The notes under the pieces: model-generated
Seen by the model: the letters and a program-made list of their open reading frames with translations, nothing else
What the model was told of the DNA's origin: nothing
Database searches by the model: none
Part shown: one piece after another, positions 14,301 to 29,300 of the stretch
Layout of the letters: each line of letters opens with the position of its first letter
How positions within the stretch are numbered: position 1 is the first letter of the stretch
Translations under genes and position numbers: made by a program
Source of the DNA: Lingula anatina
Lineage: Eukaryota > Animalia > Brachiopoda
DNA length: 64,000 nt
Assembly: GCA_051362555.1 (NCBI GenBank)
Contig: CM120640.1
Location: 47,408,788 to 47,472,787, forward strand
Direction: 5' to 3'

Positions 14301-17300
14301 TTTTGTCAACGAGTTGATTTTATCTTTTGATTATAAAGTTGGAAGTCAATTTTGATACCTCATGATAAAAGGAAAATTAACATCACATTATTATTTTTTT
14401 CTGTTCTTTTTCCATTCCATGAAAGGTAGGAATTTATTTGGTTTGACAATATGCTTCTTTTGAAAATTGGAAAGTGAAATTTTTTTTAACTTTTAAGTTA
14501 TTTTCATCAACAATTGTTTAGGTATGAAATGAGGCAAATAATGTAAAGATGGATGACGCAGCTTTGACGTAAGAATTTCATGTTTGTATAATGTTTCATT
14601 CAAGATAGTTTGTGCACACAGACTAGACAAAATTCCTGTCAACCATTGGCTGCTGTACCCCCACTCCTGAATTGTAATGAAATTTCTCATGTTTTTGATA
14701 ATTTGTGAAATGATTCACATGGAAAGAACACAGTTGGTGACCATAATATGTGGGTGTGCTGTGCATGTTTTAATGGTGTTTTGATCAAGACATTGCCTTA
14801 AAGATAATATCTTCCCTGTTTGGTGTTTACCTTCCCACAAAGCAGTATTTGAGGGGGTACTGGGAGGTTATTTATCTCAGTAAGCTGCACTTCTGTTTTG
14901 AACTAGATCACAGGAGATGGTATACACTATGTGGGTGTAACAGTTGATAGGGGGTTTTCTCTGATTTTCGCCATCAATAAACTATTTGCCTCTTTCATTT
15001 GATTCTGGCTCTTGATTAAAGGGGGTTGATTTTTAGCTTTTTTTTCTTTTATCTGTGGATGTGTGGAGGTGTGGGATTGTGCAAATGCTGTTGATTGAAA
15101 TAAATTTTAAGTTGGGAGAAAAAAGATGATGAAAAATGGTGTCTTAATCATTTTCAGAAGTATGTTTTCTAGGAACTAAAAACAGTTTATTTGTAAATGA
15201 TGATTACTGTCACACATAATAGATTGTGTTGAACACATATATCTGAAGTTAGCATACATAAGCACTGTAAAAATGATTCATGGACTAGCCTAATTTGTCT
15301 GGATAATTTTGGTGCCTAGGCAGCAGTCTTTGGGTCTTGGGTTATTAGGAAAAACATTGTCTGTTAGACAACTTTCTGTGGAACTCCAGTAACACCTGTT
15401 CCAATATGAGAGATTTTATGTCATAAAAACAATGCTGCGTATTGCATTTATTTCTCATGTTTGAATGTTTTGTCAGCTTGCCAGATGCAGCTGTTTATAA
15501 AATATGCTTAAATGCAAGTTTCACATAGGAACGCTTTAACATGTTTAAAATCTCACCAAATCATTGAAAAATTTAATCTCACTGGCCCAAAAATCTAATA
15601 GTAATTTGCATAATCATGTGACAAACTGTGAACTTATCAATATTGTCAACAAAAGACACAAGTACATCCATAGAACCAATGCCAGTGGTTGCACTGCCAA
15701 AAATCGAGTTTATCTGGTTTATCAAGAATAGTAATATGCATCAAAGATCATGCAGTGTTTATCAAGATTTAAGATTTAACTTTACCATTTAAAAGACAGG
15801 CCAGTAAGTCATGGAATTTATTGAACTAATTGCTTTAAAGAAAGAATATTGAATCTCACACTGTATCTGACCATGGTAACTGAGCCATATGATTATTATT
15901 ATTATTTACTGTTGTATTGTATTTTCACTCTGAATTTTTCTCTTCTTTTGGCAAAATTGTAATTGGATTATTGCCAGAATGCATTATTTTTCATGCTGAA
16001 ATTAAGCTACTTAATTTATGCACATGGCAGTTGTAAAAACATATTACTAGTGAACACTATTTTTATAGAAATTGAATTTGTTAATAAATGGGAAAGAATA
16101 TTGGCACAATTGTTCTTGTGTTTCTTCCATGCTGGAGGCACTCATCCAGTCCCTAGTTGATGCCATCCACATGTCAACATGAACTATGTTAACAACATCA
16201 TTTATTTATTTATATATTTTATATCTTGTCACTTAATTTAATAGGCTGGAGTAAACCGGTTGAATTTTGGCCCTGGTCAGCGATATGACTATATAAACAT
16301 CAGCATCATAGACAATGCCATCCCAGAAGATGACAAATATTTTTTGGTGAAACTTCTTAACCCAACTGGAGGGGCAGAAACAGGTCTTGGATCTACCATT
16401 AATATTACTATTGCCAGTTCTGACGATGCCTATGGAAAATTCCAGTTTACTTCTGATTCCCTGACTGCTACCGTAAATGAGACTGGTGATACTGGATTCA
16501 CTGTTGTCAATTTTAAGGTAAGTATTAAGTATTATTAAGAAATGTTGGAAATAAGATTATTTATCTTTTCGTTCTCCATGAATTGAAAATAAAAAAGATA
16601 TTATGTACCCAATTTTTACTATATTAATTGCATTTGGAAAAACAGTCAACAAAACTGTAGCATGTACATGTAAAGAGTCCTCTGATTGGCTAATTCTATT
16701 TAAGCTTGAAAAAAATTGTTGTATGGTGGACATCGATGGGAAAAATATTTCACAGAAACAGTACAACCATGGCAGGTGTTAAGATGACTCATTGTTAATG
16801 AGGGTGGGGGTACATTTTCCCAAGGGGCGACTCCCTGCCTATATGCACGTGTTTCAGGTTTGTAACTTCCACCTCCCCTATGTAGTTCTATTTAAAGCTC
16901 AGAGACCAGCCCACGCTGCATGTAAAGCTATGAACTATATATCCTTGCACTGCTTTTCCACTTTACATGTCATTTTGATGTTTCTTCTATTGATTTCCCA
17001 GAACAAAAAAAAAATCTCAAAAATACATGCACACATATCTAGAACATTTGCTTTTTACTTCAAAATTGTGATTGAGGCTAAATTTGGCTTGGGACATCTT
17101 CATAGTCATTTTGTTTGTAAAGAATCAAGGATGGGTGTGAAGGATATGAATGAAAAGCATGTGTCTTGTCTAAATTAAGTGCTCAGCAAGCAAGGACAGG
17201 ATTTTTGTTTGAGTAACTAGTATGGTTAGATAAATAAATCAACTTTTTGTTACACCAAGTGATTGTGACTGTAGCTTTTTCAGTTTTAAAAGTTTTTATT

Positions 17301-20300
17301 TTTTTTTAAAGTGTTCCCGCCACTCTACAAAGGTCAGACTAATAAAAAGGGCCTCCCGGAGGGAAAGTTGTGTTACTTAAAAGAATTACAGGATGTTTAC
17401 AATTGTAGTTTTTTTGCCTAGAGGGTAAGATTTTAGAAAACCTAAGTGTTGGAATTAACTTAACCAACTTGAAGTGCAGAGGGAGAAATGACAAATGGCA
17501 TGATTACTCGGGACCAAGTGGAGCAGTTCTGGTGCTGTCTAGGTCTATACCAGTTTTCACTTTGACAGCACAAGTTGAACAAGTAGACTGCAGCAAGTTC
17601 AGCAGAGAATATGTATTCTGACAAAGCACAAGAAAGGTTAAATCTCATGTTCACTTTTTCTTGGAGCAGCTTTAAATTCAGTGCCGATTAAACCAAGGTT
17701 TTCAATCACTAACTTAAAGGTTGATAAGAATTTAGCAGCAACATTTGGATGTACTTGGCCCTTATACTGTAGTCAGCTGGCGTTTGTTTATTAGTTTCAA
17801 GTTAAGAGATTTGCCTAAATTTTCTTTTCAAAAATGTTCACTGTAGGTCAGGTGTATAGAGTTGAATGGGTACAAGTTTTTTTAAAGATTGAGGGTGTGA
17901 AACAGTACAAATGTATAGCCTTTGTGGAGTTATAAAGATAATTCTATTTGACAGAATTCTGCCCAGGTTAAGGGCACTGATTTGGATGCAGAGTACCAAT
18001 GAAAAGTATAATTGTGTTTCACATTTGTCCAAACAAACATTTGGCAGTACATGGTTTATTCGTAAAAAAGTTGGAAATACAGGAAAATTTGTGTTTCAAT
18101 CCCTATATACACTTGGACAGAAACTCTGATCATTGGCACAGAATTTCTGCTCTGGCACAGATTTCTTGCAGTCTAATAATTGATGTTGTTTCTAAATGTT
18201 TCATTTGAAACAAGGGCCACAGTACTTCTCAGTGTTAAAATTATGATTGGTTCCCCAGAAAATGCTTATGATTCTTAAAATGATTATTATACTATTTATA
18301 TCCAAACCCATGTGCCCTTAACCCCCTCCCCCTCTCCCAAGGAACATATGCACGTATGCCTAGTAGTTATGTACATAGAACCAATCAATTTGAAAATAAG
18401 AAATTAATTAATTGTCATGTTGCTATGAAATGATTCGATCTCTGCAGCAATGTAAAAATAGATTTTTGCTAACAGGATATTAAAGATTAAATTTCCACTT
18501 ATTCCTCTAGGGAGATGCAACTTGAATTTGACTTTTCTTTGAATTTTTATCTTACTGTTCCTGACTGCCATGCTCTTTTCCATTTAATTCAAATGTATAT
18601 GTATAAAATTTTTTTAAGGTATCACTCATTTAAATTGTTCTCATATCATATAATTGCACACATGTAACGTCTTTTTAAGGTGGAGAGGCTTGGTGGTAAA
18701 ATTGGTTCAGTAACAGTTTTCTGGCAGATAGAAAATGATGTAGGGAACGACCTGGTTGAAAACAGTGGTTCGGTGACCTTTGTGTCAGGAGAAGAGACAA
18801 AGGTCATAGGGGTCAAGGTCAGAGGTGATCCCTATCCAGAATTGGATGAATTCTTTGTACTAAAATTGACTGGTGTCAACAAGGTAACAACCTTATTGTC
18901 ATTGAAATGAAAATATGGTTCTTCCATTCTGTGTTATTTTCTTGAGATCAACATTTAAATAAAAGGGGGGAGATGTTTTTAGTCCATAAAGTAAATATGT
19001 ATGCTATTGACCTTGTTTGAAGTACTAAGTGAAATGTCAAGTCTTGCGATACTATCAGACTGTCTATACTCATGGGTGTTTCTGCAAAACTTATTTCATC
19101 ATAATAGTAAATTCTGTGTGCATATTGTATTTTTGATGCTGGAATGTTCTTGTTTACCTAGTCCAAATCAAGAATATTAGAGTTCATTCTCATCCAAATG
19201 TCTGAAACAGCAGGAAACCATTGACAGAATCCCTTTCAAACAATGATCATATTCAAGATTGTATTATCCATGGACAAAGAATGATCAACTTCTTTGAAAA
19301 CAATGTTATTTAAAAAAGAATGAAATAAATATGATTCACATATATTTAATAGGGAGAATTAGGGAACTCCTTCAGACTCCAGGCAAACCTTACTGTTTTA
19401 TCAAATGATGATCCATATGGAGTATTCACAATCACTGACAACAACAGGCCAATCAGAACAGAGGAAGGAGACCATGGTAATGATATTAAGAATTTGTTAG
19501 TCTCATGCTCTTTTTATTCCATAAAATGTATGTTTTAGTTAAGATTTATATAATGTGATCTTCTTCAAAAACTTTTTCAAAATTTATTACATTTTAAATT
19601 TAATTTAGAATAATCACATTTTAAATTTTAGGCATATTAGACTTTCTGTTGCTGGACATGCACATTATTAAGGGTCAAGTAAAATATTTCAATTTGATGG
19701 CTTTTGTAATACTTAAAATCATGAGAAAAAAGTAAAGTTCAATTATAAGGATAAATACACTTCACTAAATTGCTAGATCAAGTTTTTACCTAAAATATGT
19801 TATTGGAAAAAAAGTTTATTTTAGTGCACTTAAATTGTTTTTGTCTGGGATAAATATATATCAGATGACATTGTCTGCCCTTAATGAGAATCCAGTGTTA
19901 GATAAATGCATTTAGGGCAAAAATAAATCAAAATGTTGGACCAGCACATGAATAAGTTAACTGTTACCACCATAGAAGTTGTTTACCAGAAATGTAAGAT
20001 TTAAGGTGTGGGCCTACAAAGTGATTTGCCCTTGATCGCTTTGATCACACAAAAAGTCTCGCCAGTTTGTTTGACAAAGAAACCCAAAACTGAGGCTGTG
20101 TTGGTTTTTCTCATAATTTAAAATAGACATGGGTTGCCTGACCTCAGTTCCTGTTTACTGAAAATTAAAACTTCTCTAAAGCCATATGCTGACCAGGACT
20201 TTTGAATAGCTGGTGGATTTTTTGTAAAAAGGATTAAAAATGAAAATTTGGGAAAGCATTTGGGATTTCTGTTAATTGGCTTTTAAGGATTGAAAAATGT

Positions 20301-23300
20301 TTTTTTTTTTTTGTTTAATGGATCTTAATTAGTTATCTCATATTCTTTTTTGCTCACCTTTGGGTGATAGAAAAAAGTCGAAGAAATGTACTAGTTGACC
20401 TTTTTTTTACTACTGAAAAGTACCTTGTTTTCTGTACAAGTTGTACCAATGACATTTTGATCCAGTTTTCAATAATCATTGAAACAGTTATCAAGCCATT
20501 TCCTGTCAAAAAAGCACCTAGTAAGCAGGATTTGATAGATTTATAGTTACTGCAATTATTCGATAGCACTTGTTTCACTGAATCTATCAACAAGCATTAA
20601 AATGAAGTGGCTGAGAATAACCGTTATCTCAACTTTAGCTGAAAATTAAATTAAAACTGAAATTGGAAAGTGTTCTGCGGTGGAAAAAACGCAATGGTGC
20701 ATGTATAGAATCCATGATAAATGAAGTGAAGTAAATATCGAATATGCAGAAAATACTGGGAAAAAATGAGTTACTATAGTCTTCCATCCATGTAAGCCAC
20801 AACTTCATATTGATTTAACTTAAGGTTAAATTCCCTTGGTAATGGTTACAGAAACTATCTTTAAATATTTTCTGTTGAGTTGTTTTATATTACCCTGCCT
20901 TCTTTAAATAACAACAAAGGATATTAAATCTTTGTTTTTCTGGTCTTTGCAATTGTGCCTAACATGAAAAATAACTTCTTTGATTTAATTTTTTAACAGT
21001 TGTGACATTAACAGTACAGCGGCAACAGGGTTTTGTGGGTTTAGTTCGAGTCAACTACACAACACTAGATGCAACTGAATATTATAACTTCCTTCCTGGG
21101 TCAGTTGCACGTGCCAATGAAAGTGATTTTGTTCCTGTGAGCGGCTATGTTCAGCTGGGACTGAACCAAAATCGAGAAGACTTTGACATCCATATCAGAG
21201 ATGATCAGATTCCAGAAGGAGATGAATCCGTGTTTGTCCGTCTCACTTCAGTTGAGTTGATCTCTGGTGGACAGAGTAGACCAGGTAAGCAGGTGAAAAT
21301 GGTGCTTACCGTGGGTGCCTCTAATAATATGAATGAGCCCTGTGTTCAGCTACCAGCCTTTCTTGAGAGATGTAATTTTTTTCGCCATTGAAGGATTACC
21401 TCCTGTTATGTGAAGAAGGAAAGGATCTATAAGTATTAAATGAATGCCAATATAAATTTTCCTGTAATCTTATAAATTATTAATTCCTATATATTTATCT
21501 ATAATTATTTATTGAGCATTGCAAGTTCTACATGCTGATTGTCATTGCCAGTGAAAGGAACTGCATGTGTAAATCATGCAATTTAATTGACACTTGTGCC
21601 TTCAATAGAATCCGGTCCAGCAGATCTGAAAAACACCTTGGCTGCATTGCCACCAGGTGATACCTGTATTTCCTGAGCCATATAAACATTTATGCATGGT
21701 TACTGTCCTTATGAGAATGGAGCGTCTGAATTCCCATCTCTGTATTTATAATATTTTTATTGTTGGTTTTTAGTGTCCTTTTCTCCTCGCCTTGGCCCAA
21801 ACCAACAAACCTATGCTCAGATTATCATCAACCAGAATGACAATGCAAATGGCATCCTGGAGCTGTCAACAGCCTCTGTGGCTGTGTCAGAGAACTTTAC
21901 TGGCTCCATAGTTGATGTTGTACGCAAAGAAGGCTCTTTTGGAGAGGTTTGTGTTCCTGTTCTCTTATTCTGTTGCTTTTGCTTTAACAGGTGTTTTAAC
22001 ATTGAAATGTTTAAAGATATCTAAGTACAAAATTTGGATGAATTCTTTGAAGAATTGCACTTGCAGCACTAAAATTATTGTGATAATAGTAATAGTCATT
22101 TGATTAAAAGTCCTTTTATGAACTGCTGCCTTAGTGTAATACCTTTTAACTTTTCATTTTTTGCCAAAACTTCAGAACATAATCACGCATATCATGTTTG
22201 ACTTAAATTTAAATTTTTAAAGATTTACTTTAAAAGTGCCCTGTTTTAATAATTGTTATAGGTGAGTGTGAAGTTTGAGGTGATATCAGGCACAGCTGTC
22301 AACACCGTGGACTACAGTGTCACCTCCAGTGATGTCATCCTGGCTGACAGGGAAAGGAGGAAGAGAGTTCCCGTGGAGATCAATGATGACAGGATCGCAG
22401 AGTTAAACGAAACGTTCACTATCCGCCTATTGCCACAGATTACAGGAGGTGCTCAGCTGGGAAGGCTGATATCCACGCAGGTCACCATTTTGTCCTCTGA
22501 TGATCCCAAGGGAGCTTTTGGTAATTTTTCTTCTTATTTATTTATTACTTTTTCAGGAAACATTACCTGGTTCATTTTCCAGTATACTCATACATGCCTA
22601 TGAGATGAACCAGTTTTTGTTACTTATTTTTATGTTCAGAGTCAACATTGTCGAAAGAGCTAGTCTTACTCACTGTTGGTGAAATAAATCTTTAGAATTT
22701 TGTCTTATGATATTTTTGGCCTTGAGATGTATTCATAAGTTCTGTAGCTTGACTCAACTTTTAAGATTTGACACCCTATTTTATGTCTCCTTTGGCATTG
22801 AATAAATGAAAAACTGCTTGGTGGAAAATTGCATGAAAAGATCAATAGTCAAGTGTTACATAACCCTGCCCTTGTATCCTGTCTTTTCTGGCACACTTAC
22901 TCACTTAATACAGACTTTTCTTGAATCTCTTGCTGTGTTGGGCCTGTCTGACATTCATTTTGGCAGAAAAGAAAGTAACTTAAGGGATTTCCCAACCCTA
23001 TTTAATGGATTGTATCCAAATTTAAGATAGGCAAAGCAAAATGGTGTCAAAAGTCGAATCCGACACAACTTGTTCATTACATTAATCGGGGTCAGGTCAA
23101 AATGCTCATTTTAGTAATTGTAGGTTAAAGTATACACCCATTGAGGCAAGAGCTATAGCAGAACATGTGTTGACATAATGTTAGCTAGAAATAGCACATT
23201 GTCTCAGGTACATAATTGGATGTCTGTGTCTTCAGACAAGTTTTTTTTCTGTTTTCAGAATTTTCCACATCTGGCAGTAGTGTAGAAGAACCCGAGTCAC

Positions 23301-26300
23301 AGTCGGGACAAAGTGTGGAAATCACTGTCAGCAGAATGGGCGGCACTCTTGATGTGGTAGCTGTCCAGTGGGAAGCTACTCTCAATGGTTAGTATGGCAT
23401 TGTTGACTTCCAGTTTGTTTTTTCAGATACCACCTGTCATCTGATATATGTTTCAAATAAAATGAAAAATGCAAGTAATGGATGTATTGAAATATGCACT
23501 GCTCTGCTGATTTATACATCCCAATAAAATATCCATGATTATTCAATAAGTTTTTATTTAATTCGAGAAATGGTATTGCCTCTGGCAGAAAAAAGATTTA
23601 CTCAGTAGCTTTTTAACATCTCTGTGGCACTCAGTACAAATATTATAGCCCAATCAGTCTTCTGTATCCTATTTCCAGTCTCAGATGTACATCTTGCCCA
23701 ACCTCTGAAGCATGGCTCAATCATTTGCCTGTGACACTCCAACCATTATACATATTTTGGAGGAGGCTCAAATGAAATAGTCCATTAGATAACAGTTAGA
23801 AATCCAGTCTTCCTTCTTTATAAATTCAGACACAGCTTATTATCTGAAAATGAATCTAATTTGTGATATGGGATATGACCTAATCTTTATTGAAAATCTA
23901 ATAATCATCTTGTTTGTGAGAAATTGAAATTTGAAGTTCTGTGTGTCTTCTGTCCACTAAAATGCAAGTCCTAACAAAAAAAAGTTGAAAATTTGCTAAT
24001 CAGTAGGATGTACTCAGTAATTCAATAAGAAGTTAAGAAATTGGTTTGTTACCAATGTTGACTTTATACATTAAGATGATATTTCATATTTGAAGTCAAA
24101 TCACCAGGTCATTTAGGTTTCCAACTCATGATAATATTTTGTACCTTTATAATTGTAAATATGTGTTCATATGATGGGAAAGTGTAGTTTCTCACACCTA
24201 AGGCTGTCAGATTATGTGATCTTAACATTCAGCATTTTCCCCACCTTTTTTTGCTTAATAAGTCACACTTGTTTCATCACTTTAACAGACAGCTTGATAA
24301 ATTGTTTACCTAGGGGTGTTGTTTTAAATGCGGTTAGATTTTCTTAGAAAACTTTTGGGAGTCAGCAACAGTTGTGCTTTGGCAAATATTTAGAAAGCAC
24401 TCAAGAATTTGGCAGTATCCATGTGTGAAATAGTTAATAGAGGGAATTTCCCAGGTGGTTTTTACCAGCCTTGGTACCCTGGATACTCAATAAAAGTTAC
24501 TGGCCATTATTACATTACGGAGACAAAGCAACATTGTCTGAGAGAGGTGAACTCATATAATTAATTCTTGTGTAGCAAAGAAATTGGCACCTTCTGTGCA
24601 CGTGTTGAAAATCTGAATCCTTTTTATAAAGAAACTTTTAGTGTAAACACATGTAATAACTCTATTAAATCTGCACTACTAGTGTAATTGTAAACACAGG
24701 CAATTTAAGCACTCTAGTTCTGGCTGGTTTCTGTCTGTTCAATTTCATAGGTCCATTCATTGTCTATTAAAACCATAACCCAGCAACCTAAAATGCAAAA
24801 ACACTGACCTGAGAATGAAGTATTTTGAGCACTTGTAACCAATAATAAAGATTTCACAAAAGCATTTTTCATGACTCTGACGTCAAATTAGCAATGTTAT
24901 CCATTCATTGAAAATTAACAAAAGACAATGGTAGGTACATTAAACAGAGATCATGACGTAGCAAGGCATTTTGCTTTAATTTGTTAAGAAGTTACGATTA
25001 TGTTGTAATCATTCACAGGGACCTTTACCCCTTTAGGGTATGCTGCACTGTGTAAGTGCTGGCTTAATTCCAGGTGAATGAGATCTAAATCTTTTCAGAA
25101 AATTAAAAAGTCATTGCCCTGGGAATCTATAATTTAGAGTCTTAAGATGTTTTCTGCTTTTATTTATGAAACTTTGTCAATCAGTGCACACTGAAATAAA
25201 TTTAGATAATTGCCTATTGAACCAGAAAGAAGAAAGCCTCTTAGTTAAAGAAAAATTCCTTCAGAAAATTAAAAAGGAGTATAATATCTTTTGAATCTAT
25301 GAATTATATCTTTGAACACTTGGAGGAATTTCTAATGAATCATTGTCAACCATGTCCAAGAATAATAGGATAATTATATTATTGAACAAGAAACTTCTCT
25401 TAGCAATGTTCGTAGATTGCAGATGTGTAGGGAAGAGTAAACAATTTGTTTCTTTCATAGTCTCTATGGTCAGAAGTAGATAGAATATAATTAAATGTCT
25501 TGAAAAGACATTAAGTAATAAGTAATAAAAACCACTACATCTAACCACTAACCACTACATCCTACGACAATGGAATAGACTGATAATGGAATAGACGGTG
25601 GGGAATTGGAGGTCATTGAACTTAAACCAGAGTTTACAACAGCTTAACATTCACACATGGACTTTAAGGCACTCTTACTGGGAGGAATTAGTTTCAAGTG
25701 AACATGGAAAAGATATAAGTATTTCCCTGATTTTAGTGTTTCCAGGCTTATAACATCTGGGGATAAGATCCCTTTTCTTAGTCAAAAACCATCTTGTCAA
25801 GAACAGATTGTGTGTAGTTATTTTTCTTAGTTTTTAGGTTTGACTTTTTGTTTCATGCCATTGTTTTTTTTTTTTTTTTTTGCCTTTATTATTTAGATCT
25901 GAAATTTGCTGATTTTGCAAATGTGCTGAAAGCTTTTCAATCAAACAGAAAAATACTTTGCTGCAGTTCCTCCTTTATTCATCCCACTTCATTTGTCTGA
26001 CCTTTTTTTATTTTTTGTAGACATCTAACCATGCATCATGGCTTTTACATTAGACATTGATATGATTATATAAAAAATTTACCTTAAGTTCAATCTTGTG
26101 CCATGTTTATTACTTGAGATCAGATTACAAAAAAGAGTGAAATAAATGAGGCCTGGATAGGAATAAGAATCAGAACATTTCACTGCCCTGGAGGAGAGCT
26201 AAAATGCTATTAACATCCCTTGGATGATTTGTGAAATGAACATTTGGAGAAGTTCTGGGAAAGAACAATGAAAAACCCTGGGTAAAGATGTGTTTGCCTC

Positions 26301-29300
26301 TTATTTTGCATTTTATAGTAGGTGATGACAAGACAAATTGAGTTATGTACATTTATAGGGTGTAGATGAGGTACTTTGTGTTGAAATTAGTGTAAGTTAT
26401 TTGTCATGGCTTGAAAGGTTTTGGTTTTTATTGAAGATCATCAGTGACAAAAAAATGAAAAAATTTGCAAAAATCAAAGTTATCATTTCAGGCAGTTGAT
26501 CAAAAGAAAGACAAAAAGTTTGAATAAAAATTTAAAAAAAAGGGGGGGATGTATCTTCAAAATTAGAACCAATAGTTAAATTCTAAGTCTGTTCCCTCTC
26601 ATTAAGATCAAATAATTTTCATAAAGAAAGAAAGTTAGTCATTGTATAACCGGATAAGGGGGAAAATAATTATCACACATTAAGGACCAAATTTTGTCTT
26701 TTCCTGTTATTATATTTCTTCCCTCTTTTCATAACTTCAGGTGTTCCTGCCACAGCAGACGTCTCCCCAACTCAGAGCACCATCTACTTTACCAGTAACC
26801 AAGCCAGTGAAAAGATAGTCATTACTGTACTGCCTGATGATGAACCTGAGGACCAGGAGGTACAAATAGATAAAGCAATATTCCATTTCTTTTAACAATC
26901 CTTCTTATGATTATCATTTAGGATGATGACTCTTTGTGTTAGAGGTTAATTTTTACATTTGTTTTTTGAAAGACAAAAATTAAAACCATAGACGGCTGGC
27001 AAATGTTAAATCCTGTGTGAAAAGTGAGTAGAACTCTCATTGTAAAAATTTATAAATTTAGACCTCGGAATGTTAAATCTAAAACTTCATTCTTTTCAGG
27101 ACATTTTGATAACATTGACTGCAGCCACTAATGGAGGTAGGGTAGGCAGCAGGAATGTGTTCAGACTTACCATACTGCCCAATGATGATCCACATGGTAT
27201 TGTCCAGTTTGAGCAGGATAGGTTTGTCCTTAAGGAATTGTCTGCTGATGACACCCAGCACATCAAACTAACAAGGAGGTAAGTTAGACTGAACTTAAGA
27301 TCACTTTTATATCTCTCCTTTCTTGTCTTTTTTTCTGTTTTTACTATTGAAATATATATTTTGTCTTAGAAATCAGAGGCCATTAGTGGTGTTAATGTCC
27401 ATGTTGATCCTACTAATACAAGCACCCTGATTAAATAGAAGAAATGTTGTTCATTGCATATTTTAATGAAATTAATGCATATCGTCAGGTTTCATAAATA
27501 AAATCAAGTTATTTACTTAAATTAACTCAATTTTGAAAAGTTAGAATAATCTACTTTATCTTGATTACATTTTAGATGTTGAGTCAAATCTTTTTATGGC
27601 TAATTCTTACATAATCTCTATTCAGTGGTGGTTCCTTTGGACAACTTAGAGTATCCTATAGTACAGAGCAGGTGGATATCCTGGCTATAGTGTCTAACCA
27701 GGGACAGGACATACTTGACTACTACACACAGCCTGTCTATGGGGCTAATACACCACAGGATGGATTCAGTGTGGATGTGAGTGGGGCACCAGAGCCAGTG
27801 GAGGTAGGAAAAGATTTATTGTAGAAAAACATTTTACAATATTCAATCACAGAAATACGCAGTCTCTAAATTGATAGAATGATACACTGTCTACTTGTTA
27901 TCTGGACACTTTTTCATCATAGTCAGGGTTTTATTACTGATAGGTTTTAAAGGTCCGATTTAATTGCAATTGATACTTCAGAATGGCAAAATTTGATAAG
28001 ACCATTATTTTTGATGCGCATTTTTCTGTATTGATTTCCGTCCACTCTTTAAAGTAATATGAATGGCCATCATGCTGTTCTGTATTGCTGTGTGTTGTTG
28101 TTTTTCCAGATGTGTGCAAGAACCTGTCTGTCTACAAGAGCCTGCCTGGTCTTCCAGTACAACTCCACTGCAGCAATCTGTACATGGTTTACCTCTGGAA
28201 GAAATGACAGCTTCATGCCTGCTGCTGATGTGCGCTATTATATGAAGAATGTTACCAAAGTATGAGCATTATGTGAGATAAGGAAGCTTTATAATTGTAT
28301 TTATTGTGATATGATCGTGCGGGATGGTGAGACCAGATGTTTTAAATATGTGTTATCAGGCAATATTTCAGTTAAATTTTTATTATAAGTATTGAGTGAG
28401 TCTGCCAGTGTAGTTAAAGATGCATACAAAGCCAATATTTTGCCACAAAAACAGACCAAATGCCAGCATATAGTTTCAAGTAGTATATCTAAGAGAATTA
28501 CCAAAAGGCACCGTTTAATTTTTCCCGAAAGTGATGTTTGAACGGATTTTTCTGCTAGCATTCTATGCTGTATGTCAATGGGGCAGAAAAGTAGGTCACG
28601 AATGTAGGTTAAATTTCCGACCAAAAATTTAAGGAAAGGAGCAGTCTGAAGCTCTTTTATGGCTGATCAAGTGATCTATTCAGTTTATCCCTTGGCATGT
28701 CAAATTTATTTGAGTCGTATAAGAAACTAGTAGAAGTGGTTTGGATGTGTTACTGGGAATCCACACTCCACCAATGCTCGGTTCGTATGTACCTTTAACG
28801 TTAAGATTTAAGAGCATTGTATCAAAAAAATACACAAGGGCCAGACAGAAAATAAATTTTAGATTTACCATATGTTTTTATTCTCAAAAAATAATCTTTA
28901 ATAAATAAATATAAAAACATATGGCAACAAATCCATCACATTAAATGAACTTCAATTGAGCATAGTTCAACCCATGAAATAAAAATGAACAAAAATTGTG
29001 ACCATTTTATAAACACTCCAGCATACAAAAATTAAGGCATTTGTTTTGCCTGTTTATTTATCAGTGTTTTAATTTTTTTACCAGGCAATGACCCTGTATG
29101 ACATCCAGGCAGAATCAGGTCAGGACTACACCCCAGTGACAGGTGCCTCTGTTATCATTCAAGATGGAGCCAGCTCTGGCACCATCCCAATCCAAATCCT
29201 TGCCGACCGTCTTCCCGAGCTGGACGAAAGATTTTTGGTCAGACTGACCAACGTAGAATTGGTCAGTGGTCCACCCAGTAATCCACGAAACAACCCCAGA